This document shows positions 8,854 through 17,690 of a DNA stretch of 20,000 nucleotides, in pieces (positions within the stretch are counted from its first letter, which is position 1; each line of letters begins with the position of its first letter). The stretch comes from an uncultured virus (IMG/VR IMGVR_UViG_3300041964_000150) (taxonomy: Duplodnaviria; Heunggongvirae; Uroviricota; Caudoviricetes). A program made the translations under genes and the position numbers. The notes beneath the pieces are model-generated. The model did not search any database and was not told the DNA's origin. It saw only the letters and a program-made list of their open reading frames with translations. The stretch lies in the IMG/VR virus record IMGVR_UViG_3300041964_000150. One strand, given 5' to 3'.

Positions 8854-9360
8854 ATGAGTAAGCTTGCAGTTCTGCGTAAAATTGCCGTTTCCAATCAGCC
8901 GCGCGATCGCACTGGCCGCTGGGTCAAGATTGCTGTAGCTAGCACGGGTAAAGTCGTCGGATCGAAAGTCGGTATGGTGGTAGCCGGACCAAACGGCGCA
9001 CTGGTCGGCAGCCTGGTAGGGGCGATCGCCACCCGCAAAGCAATGGCCGATGCGACGGCAACCTACACCGCTCACCAACAACTGAAGCACGATCGGGCTT
9101 ATGCTAGCCTGAGTCGCTTGGAGAAGCTGAAGGCACTGCGGGAGAAGGCGATCGCTGAACTTGAAGCCAAAAAAGCGCAAACTGAAGATGAGATATTGAG
9201 CGATGTTGCAGGCTGGGCAGTCGGCAACGCCTCATCTGAAGCGATCAATGCTGCGGTGTCTGCACTTGCGCCCGTTCCCGGTAAAGGGGCGATCACAGCG
9301 TTCGCAACGGTGCCGAAACTCATGAAACTGAAAGAAAGACTAGCCAATGCTAAACGATGA
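8854..9360 (+). CDS. Hypothetical phage protein with QPRDxxGRW motif and glycine zipper
   Basis: MSKLAVLRKIAVSNQPRDRTGRWVK, then GKVVGSKVGMVVAGPNGALVGSLVGA, then an amphipathic helical remainder. Confidence 0.7.
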   Translation: MSKLAVLRKIAVSNQPRDRTGRWVKIAVASTGKVVGSKVGMVVAGPNGALVGSLVGAIATRKAMADATATYTAHQQLKHDRAYASLSRLEKLKALREKAIAELEAKKAQTEDEILSDVAGWAVGNASSEAINAAVSALAPVPGKGAITAFATVPKLMKLKERLANAKR

Positions 9361-9604
9361 ACAGATGGGACTGGATGAGCTAAACGCTGCGATCGCCGCA
9401 GAAGAAGCCGAGATCAAGTTGCAGATGCAAGAGCTGATTGAAGAACAGTATCCGGTCAAGGTTGCCGAGTTTGTTGGCGATTTCGCGGCAGGTGACGACG
9501 AATCGATTACGGGTAGAGTGCAGATTACTAGCGATAGCCCAGACTGGCCGAGCGGCGAATATGCTTTTGTTAGCGGCGATCGCATGGTCCTCACAGCACT
9601 GTAA
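9347..9604 (+). CDS. Hypothetical acidic protein
   Basis: 85-aa ORF overlapping the previous stop by 14 nt, same strand. Confidence 0.6.
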   Translation: MLNDEQMGLDELNAAIAAEEAEIKLQMQELIEEQYPVKVAEFVGDFAAGDDESITGRVQITSDSPDWPSGEYAFVSGDRMVLTAL

Positions 9605-9622
9605 TCAACTCTTGTTGCACCT

Positions 9623-11146
9623 ATGACTAATAATTTGCGTGGTGGTATTTTCCCCGATAAAATCTTTAACCTGCTAACTCAGGAGTTTGCAACCTGGGAA
9701 GAAGCGATCGCCGCTTCAGGTCACGACAGCGTTCGAGTTAGCTGGGCAATCCTGCCGCCTGTACCGATGGGTAGGCTCAACCCTGCATCTGCATACCCAG
9801 TTCGAGTAGCAACGCCGCAGAAACACTCAGCCGTTGTTGTGTTCAATGGCGAGTGTTATTACTGGCAACCGACCGCTGAGCGCGATCGCGAGGTGTTGGC
9901 GCAACTGGTAGCAGAGAAATTAGCCGAACGCGATCGCCTGATTCGATCGAGAAATGCAGTCCATCGCAGCATTAATGTTCTGACGGCGATAAGAGGTGAT
10001 GAGTCATGGATCGAGCCTGAGCAGTGCAATCTTCACAACTTCCAGCAGGCTTATGCCGCAATGAGTGACGATGCTTTGATCGCCGCAGCCGAGCGCGATC
10101 AACTGGCGCGGCTCTCAGCAACTCCCCCAGTGCTGTTGATTGCGGGGAGAGCAGCATTCGCATCTCACTGGAAGCGGCTACATCCCGAAGTTGCCCGACA
10201 CTGCCGCTATGTTTCAGATCCAAACCAGCTTCGCGGCCTGCGGCGTGATGCGATTCTTATCAGAATGAATCTGCACGAACAGAATCCGCTTTATCAATCT
10301 GGGTTACTCCATCGGTTTATGCCGATCGAGCAGTCCCCGATCGTTGAATACGATGAGCGCATTCCGGCTGTTGAAGCATGGCTCACCAACATCCTGCGAC
10401 AGCAACAGCCAGCACACGATCGCCGCATTACTCAACGGGAATGGAGGCACGATCGCCCTGCTGAGGTTACTTTTGCTTGGTGGGATGAGGCCGAAACTGA
10501 TGTAATGCGCCCTTCTCCAGAACAGCTCGAAGCGTCTTTAGAAGAACTCGATCGACTGTGCAGCAGTACGATCGCGCTTATAGTAGACGGTCGAAGGACA
10601 CCAGAGGGTCAAGCCTTGAACAACTTGACGCACCACCTGCGCACGTTTGGAGATCCACAAACCGCAGAATTTGCGATCGCCCTGCATGAGAAGTTTCGCA
10701 AAATCCAGATCATGACGCCTGCCGAATATCGGCAAATTAAGTGTGAAGCCTTTGCTGAGATGGAAGAATTAGCGGCAGAGATATCTGAGTTATCACCTGA
10801 GAGTGCGCGAGCTTCGCTGCCATCGCCAGGGCGAATGGTTCGATCGCAGGTTGTTGATCCGCCTGGGCTGACGATCGAGAATGCGGTCACCTCATATCTG
10901 CCTGAGTTCTGCCGCCGCTACAAGCCGTCGATCTGCTGCAAGGCCGCTTATGTGTTTATGCGACTTGAGTATGATTGCTATTTCACCTGCGGCGATTTCC
11001 ATGCAGTTCACTACCTGCGTGAGAGCGAATTAGAGGCCGCACGTTCTAGGGGCGCACTGCTCTGGCACCTGATTGAGGTAGTCGAGCAGGCAGCACAACA
11101 GCTCGCCTCAATGCAGAATCCGCAGTCAGGGAATACTGAGGGCTAA
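9623..11146 (+). CDS. Hypothetical protein
   Basis: 507-aa open frame filling the gap before the portal. No motif recognised. Confidence 0.65.
   Translation: MTNNLRGGIFPDKIFNLLTQEFATWEEAIAASGHDSVRVSWAILPPVPMGRLNPASAYPVRVATPQKHSAVVVFNGECYYWQPTAERDREVLAQLVAEKLAERDRLIRSRNAVHRSINVLTAIRGDESWIEPEQCNLHNFQQAYAAMSDDALIAAAERDQLARLSATPPVLLIAGRAAFASHWKRLHPEVARHCRYVSDPNQLRGLRRDAILIRMNLHEQNPLYQSGLLHRFMPIEQSPIVEYDERIPAVEAWLTNILRQQQPAHDRRITQREWRHDRPAEVTFAWWDEAETDVMRPSPEQLEASLEELDRLCSSTIALIVDGRRTPEGQALNNLTHHLRTFGDPQTAEFAIALHEKFRKIQIMTPAEYRQIKCEAFAEMEELAAEISELSPESARASLPSPGRMVRSQVVDPPGLTIENAVTSYLPEFCRRYKPSICCKAAYVFMRLEYDCYFTCGDFHAVHYLRESELEAARSRGALLWHLIEVVEQAAQQLASMQNPQSGNTEG
11129..11140 (+). promoter_or_regulatory. 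GGGMAnnCTRR box upstream of portal
   Basis: GGGAATACTGAG, 25 nt before ATG 11166. Confidence 0.5.
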
Positions 11147-11165
11147 GCCTTTACCCCTCAGAACA

Positions 11166-12725
11166 ATGCCTACGCTCGCTCAGTTACGCAGACGCCATCC
11201 TGAACACAAAGCCGACTTAGATCACTGGCAGTTATTGACCTCGATCGTTCAGGGTGGCCGCAGTATGGACGAGGCGGCCAAGCAAAAGCTGCTGCCCAAT
11301 CCAGACGGGCGACCGATGGAGGTTGTAAAAGAGCGGGTAAAGCTGGCGACCTATACCAATAAAATTGGTCCGATCCTCACCCGCTTCAACTCGCAGCTAT
11401 TCTCGCAGCCGCCGACCTTTAGCGGTTCAGACAAGCCATTTTGGGAAGTGTTTCGCAACGGTGGGGCGCTGCTGGACGACGACGACGACGCTCGCGCTAG
11501 CTTCAACACGCTGCTGAGCCGCGCCATGTTCGCCGCCCTGACCACAGGTAAAGCGATCGCCCAGATTGACACACGCATCGCATCAGGGGAAGCCAAATCG
11601 CTCGAAGAACAATCTGAAAACGGTGAGCTAGAGCCGTATGTAATCCTGCACCCCCGATCGGCGTTGTGGGATTGGAAGTCAGCCAGCAAGGGGTTTCAGT
11701 TTGCCAAGCTGCACGCTTGGCGAGTAGTTCAGGATACTTGGGACGCTGAACCAGTGGGTGAGCATGACTTCACGATTTTTCAGCGGCAGGCTGACGGTAC
11801 GATCATTGCTAGTCGCTACACGGTGCGCAAACGTCCGCGCCCAGGTGAAAAGCCGCCCGAAAATCCCTATTTCAGCCTCGATGACTGCAAGGATGAGGAT
11901 GTTGAAATTCTGCCGTTCAAGCTGGAAAACGGCACCACCTTGGAGAATCAGCAGATCTTTAGCGTCGGTGGGAAATTTGAGTTTCCGATCGTCTCACTGA
12001 CGTTGCCGCCAAGCCTCTGCATTGCCGATCAGTTATTCGAGTGCCAGAAAAGCTTTTTCAGCCAAACGGCTGCCCTTGAATATGCGATGTTCTGCAATAA
12101 CTACGCGATGCTGGTCGTGCTAGGGGTCGAGGACGAAGACGATGATCCGCTGCGTCGCAAAAAAGTAGGCGAAGGCTTCTACTTGACGCTGAAGCCTGGG
12201 CAGAGTTTGACCAGTTTCGAGCGCAGCGGCACCACGATCACAACGGCAATCAACTATCGCGCCGAAATCAAGCGCGACATTTACGATCAGCTCCAACAAA
12301 TTGCTATGTCTGCCGCTGATGGTGCGGCCATCATTGCGCGATCGGGCGAGTCGAAGCGGGAAGATCGTAGACCCGAACAGCTCTTGCTGTCTGAGTTTGG
12401 GCGATTGACAAAAGAATTTGCCGTTCAGATTTTGCGCTGTGCGGCGATCGCGCACGGTGAAGATGCGACCTGGAAAGCTGAAGGTTTAGACGACTTTATG
12501 GGCGAAGGCATTCTTGAAGAGATTGCCGACATTCAAGGCTTGCAACTACTGCCCATGCCCTCGCCCACATTCAAGCGAGAGACAATGAAATACCTTGCCC
12601 AGCGAGCCGCTAAGCGCTTCAGCTTCGCAAGTGACAAGACGACGACGATCCTCAAAGAATTGGACTCAGCCGCAGATGAAGAGTTTGAGCCGCCTGCACC
12701 AATGCCTGAGCCTGCTGCGGCTTAG
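11166..12725 (+). CDS. Portal protein
   Basis: 519 aa. N-terminal HPEH...W......GG, RVKLATYTN, ALTTGKAIAQID and SGESKRED motifs resemble SPP1-like/DUF4055-type portals. Acidic Pro-rich tail. Confidence 0.75.
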   Translation: MPTLAQLRRRHPEHKADLDHWQLLTSIVQGGRSMDEAAKQKLLPNPDGRPMEVVKERVKLATYTNKIGPILTRFNSQLFSQPPTFSGSDKPFWEVFRNGGALLDDDDDARASFNTLLSRAMFAALTTGKAIAQIDTRIASGEAKSLEEQSENGELEPYVILHPRSALWDWKSASKGFQFAKLHAWRVVQDTWDAEPVGEHDFTIFQRQADGTIIASRYTVRKRPRPGEKPPENPYFSLDDCKDEDVEILPFKLENGTTLENQQIFSVGGKFEFPIVSLTLPPSLCIADQLFECQKSFFSQTAALEYAMFCNNYAMLVVLGVEDEDDDPLRRKKVGEGFYLTLKPGQSLTSFERSGTTITTAINYRAEIKRDIYDQLQQIAMSAADGAAIIARSGESKREDRRPEQLLLSEFGRLTKEFAVQILRCAAIAHGEDATWKAEGLDDFMGEGILEEIADIQGLQLLPMPSPTFKRETMKYLAQRAAKRFSFASDKTTTILKELDSAADEEFEPPAPMPEPAAA

Positions 12726-12919
12726 CGAGTGCGGACGCTGCGGCGAGTCGGCTGAGAGGGGCTGCGGCGAACGCTGATGCGCGATCGTGCCGTTTCGATT
12801 GTGGTGCGATCGCGCTGCTGGGTGATGTTGGGCGCAACACTGGCGATCGTTCGTATCCAGAACGCTGCTAGATCAAGCTGAGTTTTGTTGTTCACTAGAA
12901 ATTCCTGCGAGTTTTCCAA
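12722..12919 (-). CDS. Small hypothetical protein
   Basis: 65-aa ORF overlapping the end of the large tail gene and converging on the portal stop. Confidence 0.35.
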   Translation of the reverse strand: MENSQEFLVNNKTQLDLAAFWIRTIASVAPNITQQRDRTTIETARSRISVRRSPSQPTRRSVRTR

Positions 12920-15579
12920 CTGTCGTCAATCAAAACCCCCAGCGTCAGCCGATTGAACCGCACACCGGGGACGGGTGGAGGTAGGTCCGGCGCCTGAATG
13001 GGTGGGGTTGCCTTCGTGGTCAGGCTATCGGCCTTGCGGCGACTGTGCAGCGTCACCGGAATTGTCCGATCGATGCCTGCTGTAATCTGCGTCGGTGCGC
13101 CTGTCACCAAGGGATAGCCGTCGATCATGCCCTCGAAGTTGTATTGATGCGCGATCGAGATAACGCGCGTCTTGATGCGTTGCGACTCGCAGCGGATGCG
13201 CAGGCGATCGAGCGGGCGAATGCGAGCGTTTGGCGGCACTGCAAACGAGTATTGGATCGACTGCTGAATGTCGCGAATCTTCAGGTCAGCTTTGGCCGCA
13301 GCAAGTGCCTGTTTAGACGAATAGCACTCATAGCTGACGCTGCCATTGATCGCGTCAGTCGCTTGTAGCCTGGGGTGCAGATGGTGAATTCAAGGTTACG
13401 GTCTTTGTCGCGATCGTCGTTATCTGCGTCGTCCGGTTCTGGTTCCTGCCGCTCTAGTGCAGGAGGTAAGCGCGTTGCAGGTGACGGGCGATCGTCGTGT
13501 TCAGTGAACGACTCATGCACCGGCTTTTTCTTTGAATCCGGCGCCCTGCGCTGAGTCTTCAATGTGCCACTCAACGAACCGATCGATTTCCTCCTCAGCG
13601 TTGTTAGTGAAGGTGAAGGGGATGCCATCAGATTTAGTGATCGTTTGCTTTGAAGGAACGATCGTGAGATAGGTATGCACCTTCGATTCTTCGCCAGTAG
13701 TGAACGGGCACAATCGCCCTTCAGGGCTGCTCGGATCGTCGTCAGGGTTGGCGATTGAAGCGAAAGAATTCTTGTAGGTGAACTCTTCGATCACAAACAT
13801 TGCAGGCGCATAGGTCGGGTCTTTCACCCAAGCCAAGCCAGAGGTGCCGTCATTGTTGCAGACCTTATAGCTGATCATCGCCTCGGATTCGTCCACATCG
13901 TTGTAGACGTTAGAAAAAGCTTCTAATGTGACGCGCGATCGTTCTCGCAGGGGCAGCTTTTGGAACTGGTAGAGCGCGAGGTAAGGGGCAGATTCGGGCG
14001 AGCCGTCACCATAGGCGATCGTTTCCAGTGCTTCGGACTCCTGTTTAAACCGTCTCATGCTCCATCCGGTTGTATCAAACCCCATTGCATAGCCGTAGAC
14101 AGGCTCATAGAGGTAGGTCACAACCTTGTAGGAAACCAGTCGCCAGAAGCCTGCCGGATTGCCTTTCAGCTCGCCGTCTGCATTCGCGATTTCCTTGGCC
14201 GTATAGCAAAATCCATAAATCAGCTCCTCATCCGTGAACGGCATCCCGTCTTCAGTCGTGCTGATTTTGAGCGTTTTCGTCGGACCGGACGCATCCCAAT
14301 TGAGATCCAGCGTCTTCAGCCAATCGGTCTGAGCGGGCATCTCTGCGGCATCGTCATCGCCCGATCGCAGCGTCCTGCGCACGCGAGGGCGCGGCACCCA
14401 TAGCGGCTTATCTGGTGAGTTGGGACGGTTCCAGCGTCTACCGCTGAGGCTCGCTCGCGGCGTCTGGTAGCTCAATCGAGCGTTAGTGTATTCGACCGCA
14501 TAACCTCGATAGTCCGGGCTGTTGCGGGCATCGCCCTGATAGGTGGTCTGCAAGTCGCGCACGCGATATCGCCAAATTGCCCCACGCTCGATCGATCGGG
14601 CAATCACCGCATCAAACTGGCTGTAATCAATCCAACAGTTGTTGATGCGCGAGCGAGCATTCGCCAGCTCACCCCAACTCACGGTTGCATCGAGCGGAGT
14701 ATCAGCAGGAACGTTCACACCCCAAAAGTCACCCTCGCAGCGGAACGGCACGCCGACCCGTGCGGCGATCGTTGCCACTGTGAGCCGTCCAGTCGTTGAT
14801 CCGGCTGTCGGGGAGTTGCCGTTACTGCAATCAGGGTCAGGCTCGATCGGTGAAATGCTGCTGCCGCTGCTGCTGCCCGATCGCAGCTTCACAGGTTGCT
14901 GGTAGCGAGTCGCCGCCCAGCGACCCGTGAGCGAAACGGCAACCAGATACAGACCTTCATCCGCCTTAAAAGTTGTGGTTAGGCTCGATACACTCCAGCC
15001 GCGATCGAATAACTCCAGTTCGGTGCCGTTGGCAAACCGCTGCTCAACACTGGCGATCGTCTCAGCCGTGCAGACCAGATTGAGTGAGCCAGAGGGCTGC
15101 TGCTCTAGTGATTCGCTCCACCGGATCTGCCCAAGCACGGGCAAGCCTGCCAGCGGTGCCAACACGCGCCCATCAATCAGGTTGGTGGGGATACGCTCGC
15201 TGCCGCCGATCGCCACGATCGGCAAGTCAGTAGAAACTGCAAGCGCACTGGCAATCGCGATCGTGCCGTCTGCATTTTCCACAAACTCGCTTGCCTGTGG
15301 ATTGTCGGGGTCATCAGCGAGCGTATAGGTTTGGCCTGCATGAACGATCGCATCGACCTGGGTAAGCGTCGGTGTGATGGTGGTTTGGCCGTTGCTGATG
15401 GTGGCCGCTGTCACCGTTGCGATCGCAGGTTCGAGCGGAATCGTCACATCGAGCGCTCGCGCCGATGCGCCCATATCGAGGTCAGCGATCGGGGTGGCCG
15501 CAGGTGCAGGTAGCAGGGCGATCGCACCTGCGGCAGGATGTTCTAGGGGCAGCGCGTTGGCTGGGGCAAGTCTCCACAT
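12895..15579 (-). pseudogene. Large tail/baseplate structural protein (~890 aa), interrupted by two compensating indels
   Basis: ORF 13513-15654 (likely start MWRLAP at 15579, 4 nt after the conserved box) ends ...GAGFKEKA. It continues in another frame VHESFTEHDDRPSPATR...ICTPGY, then returns to the original frame ATDAINGSVSYECY...SFAVPPNARIRP to the 12895 stop. Indels at about 13520 and 13362. Confidence 0.6.
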
Positions 15580-15583
15580 AATC

Positions 15584-15595
15584 CCTAGAATGCCC
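15584..15595 (-). promoter_or_regulatory. GGGMAnnCTRR box upstream of large tail gene
   Basis: GGGCATTCTAGG, 4 nt before ATG 15579. Confidence 0.55.
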
Positions 15596-15678
15596 AGGCG
15601 CCGAAGTTGATTTGATTGCGGCTGATCAGCGGCGAGCAACATTATGACAGGCAAGACAAGATCATCCGTGTCATCCCA

Positions 15679-15871
15679 CGATCGCCGCTTTCACTGTCTA
15701 CTGGACTATTCCAGTCGTCCACTAGACACCAGATTCAGATTTGTGTTTAAGCGCTCAAGGGGCGAATTTTTCACGGGTTGATGTTCGTTCCTCTGCCCGT
15801 GTCGATTTGCGTTTAAGTAAGCGATCGCCCCTTTCGCTGTCTACTAGACAATTCCAGTCGTCCACTAGATC
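15679..15871. repeat. Two direct copies of a 48-bp unit containing a 34-bp imperfect palindrome
   Basis: 15679-15726 vs 15822-15869, 44/48 identical. Core TGTCTACTGGAC-TATTCCAGTC-GTCCACTAGACA at 15695-15728. Confidence 0.9.
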
Positions 15872-15923
15872 GCGAAGTGGTGAAGCAGGGGCAACCGTCC
15901 CTACAGCTTAATTCAGCGATCGC

Positions 15924-16084
15924 TGTGCAGTGACAAATTAACTGTCATCATCAGTGACAGATTGATGTCGCTGGCGACAAATTAAATGTCATCGGTGACA
16001 GATTGATGTCGCTGGTGACAAATTAAGTGTCATCGGTGGCCTGTGCAGTGACAGATTAATGTCGTCGGTGACAGATTAATGTCG
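15924..16084 (+). repeat. Array of seven TnsB-binding-site-like repeats with two TGTGCAG termini (type V-K CAST end-like)
   Basis: YGACA-N6/7-TGTCR units at 15931, 15955, 15975, 15996, 16016, 16049 and 16069. TGTGCAG at 15924 and 16042. The repeat structure is directly visible; the likeness to the ShCAST end is from recall. Confidence 0.85.
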
Positions 16085-16086
16085 CT

Positions 16087-16174
16087 GGGCGATCTTATTT
16101 TTGCCAGCGACAATATGACGCCAGATCGCAACTCTTATTATCGATTCGAGCCAATTTCTGAAATAAGACTGCCC
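16087..16174. repeat. TCTTATT-core repeats: an inverted pair plus an internal copy
   Basis: GGGCGATCTTATTT (16087-16100), GCAACTCTTATTA (16128-16140) and inverted AAATAAGACTGCCC (16161-16174, 12/14 match to the first). Confidence 0.6.
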
Positions 16175-16182
16175 CTAGAACA

Positions 16183-17670
16183 TCAAGCCGCAATGCCCTT
16201 GATCGCTCGATCGTGCCGCAGTGTGCTGGCAACTTTCTTGTAGGGATAAAGCGTGTGCATCAGGTAGCCTGCTGCATCGCTGGGGTGGGTCCGCATTGAA
16301 TCGGATTTGTCGATCGCAACCTTGTCTTTGTCGAATGCCACCATTTCCCAATCTTTCACCAGCTCAGGGCAGCCAGCTAGATCGACATAAACGCGATTGT
16401 TTCTAAACAGACAATTGCAGGAATTGACGCGACTGAGAACGGGTGGATTCGCTTTCGGAATGTGCCGATGCAGGTTGCCTACTTCCACTGTGAAGCCGAT
16501 CGATCGGAACGCATCAAACACCAAATCCCAGTTTGTGATCCGAGAGACAGCGGTGCGAGCGTGGCCTGAAGCGTCACCATAGAGGTGAATTTCTGCTTGA
16601 TGGTCTGCCGCTGCAATCCAATCACAGAGGTCTGTTGCGAGTTCATGCGTGTCGCTATCGCAGATGTAGAACTCCTTGAAAAAGTGAATTTCATCGCCGC
16701 GCCGTTGGGATAGAACGCAGACCGCTGGCGAGTAGTTGAAGTCGAAGCCGATATGCAGATCGAGCAGTGGATCGTAGTCCAGCAGGGCAGAATCTTCGCC
16801 TTGCAGCGCGTGCGTAGGGCGATCGAAATATTTGTAGGTTCTGCCTACAACTGTGTTGATAAACGCGCCTTCGAGTTCCTGCGCGGCGAGTTCATCAGTG
16901 TAGTTCGCTTCGAGCGATCGCACGTAATCCTCACCCAGTCCGGCGATATTCTCACGGGTAGAGCAGGAATACATGACATAGAGCAGCTTGCGATCGTCTG
17001 CCCGCAGCGGATCAGCAAAGCGGTCATAGAGCCAGTTAAAGCCGTTGGGTGAGGTTGTCAGCATCCCTTGCCCTTTCATCGTGCCGGGTCCACGACCTAA
17101 CCGCCCGTCGAGCGTTTGAAAGGCTTGCTCTGAGGCATACGCCGCTTCATCGATCCAGGTCCAGCGAATTTGTAAGCCGCGAGCTGCCTGCGTGTTGCCC
17201 ATGAAGGAGTTGAGCGATAGCACATAGACGAAGGCACGCTCAGAGCCGATGTAGCAGCGCTGACGGTTGGCGATCGCGAGTGCGGTATCTTCGACGCTGG
17301 CCGCGCTCGGTTCTAAGGGGATGTTGAACTGCCGACAAACCTCAACCAGCGTCATGAGCGAGGCTCGCGAGAGCTGGCCGAAACTGTTGGCCGCAATCAA
17401 GCCGCGCGACTTTGGATCGAGCAATGCTCGCGAAATTGCCCAAGCTGCACCACAGTAAGACTTGCCGCTGCCAATGCCGCCAATCAGGGCACTAAATCGG
17501 CAATCATCTGGCTCGATCGAGGTTAGCGGGAAGCGCTCGAAGAAGCGGGCTTGTCCGCCTGGGTTCGGCTTGAACTCTTCCAGCAGCGTCGGACCGCGAT
17601 CGCCTAACTCAAACTCGATCGCCGCTCTAACTCGATATTCGTCCTGTAGTAGTCCGCCCCAGAATCCCAT
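16183..17670 (-). CDS. terL: Terminase large subunit
   Basis: Walker A GGIGSGKS, Walker B WTWIDEAA, motif III LTTSPNG, RNase H-like nuclease acidic motifs (IGFDFN, YGDASG, THPSDAAGY). Confidence 0.95.
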   Translation of the reverse strand: MGFWGGLLQDEYRVRAAIEFELGDRGPTLLEEFKPNPGGQARFFERFPLTSIEPDDCRFSALIGGIGSGKSYCGAAWAISRALLDPKSRGLIAANSFGQLSRASLMTLVEVCRQFNIPLEPSAASVEDTALAIANRQRCYIGSERAFVYVLSLNSFMGNTQAARGLQIRWTWIDEAAYASEQAFQTLDGRLGRGPGTMKGQGMLTTSPNGFNWLYDRFADPLRADDRKLLYVMYSCSTRENIAGLGEDYVRSLEANYTDELAAQELEGAFINTVVGRTYKYFDRPTHALQGEDSALLDYDPLLDLHIGFDFNYSPAVCVLSQRRGDEIHFFKEFYICDSDTHELATDLCDWIAAADHQAEIHLYGDASGHARTAVSRITNWDLVFDAFRSIGFTVEVGNLHRHIPKANPPVLSRVNSCNCLFRNNRVYVDLAGCPELVKDWEMVAFDKDKVAIDKSDSMRTHPSDAAGYLMHTLYPYKKVASTLRHDRAIKGIAA

Positions 17671-17690
17671 AATCGCAGTGTGTCACTCTG

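Noticed and set aside
15679..15871. Mini-CRISPR (repeat-spacer-repeat)
   Set aside because: The intervening sequence is about 95-110 bp, too long for a spacer, and the repeat lacks a typical CRISPR terminus.
15924..16084. CRISPR array
   Set aside because: Period is about 20 bp with mostly 4-7 nt repeated linkers, no unique 30-40 nt spacers and no cas genes.
15924..16084. Replication iterons or parS array
   Set aside because: No rep/par gene or AT-rich unwinding tract is adjacent, and the TGTGCAG-led units fit transposon ends better. Not fully excluded.
15924..16182. Complete CAST or MITE insertion
   Set aside because: Both TGTGCAG termini face the same way. No inverted matching end, target-site duplication or transposase is visible in the window.
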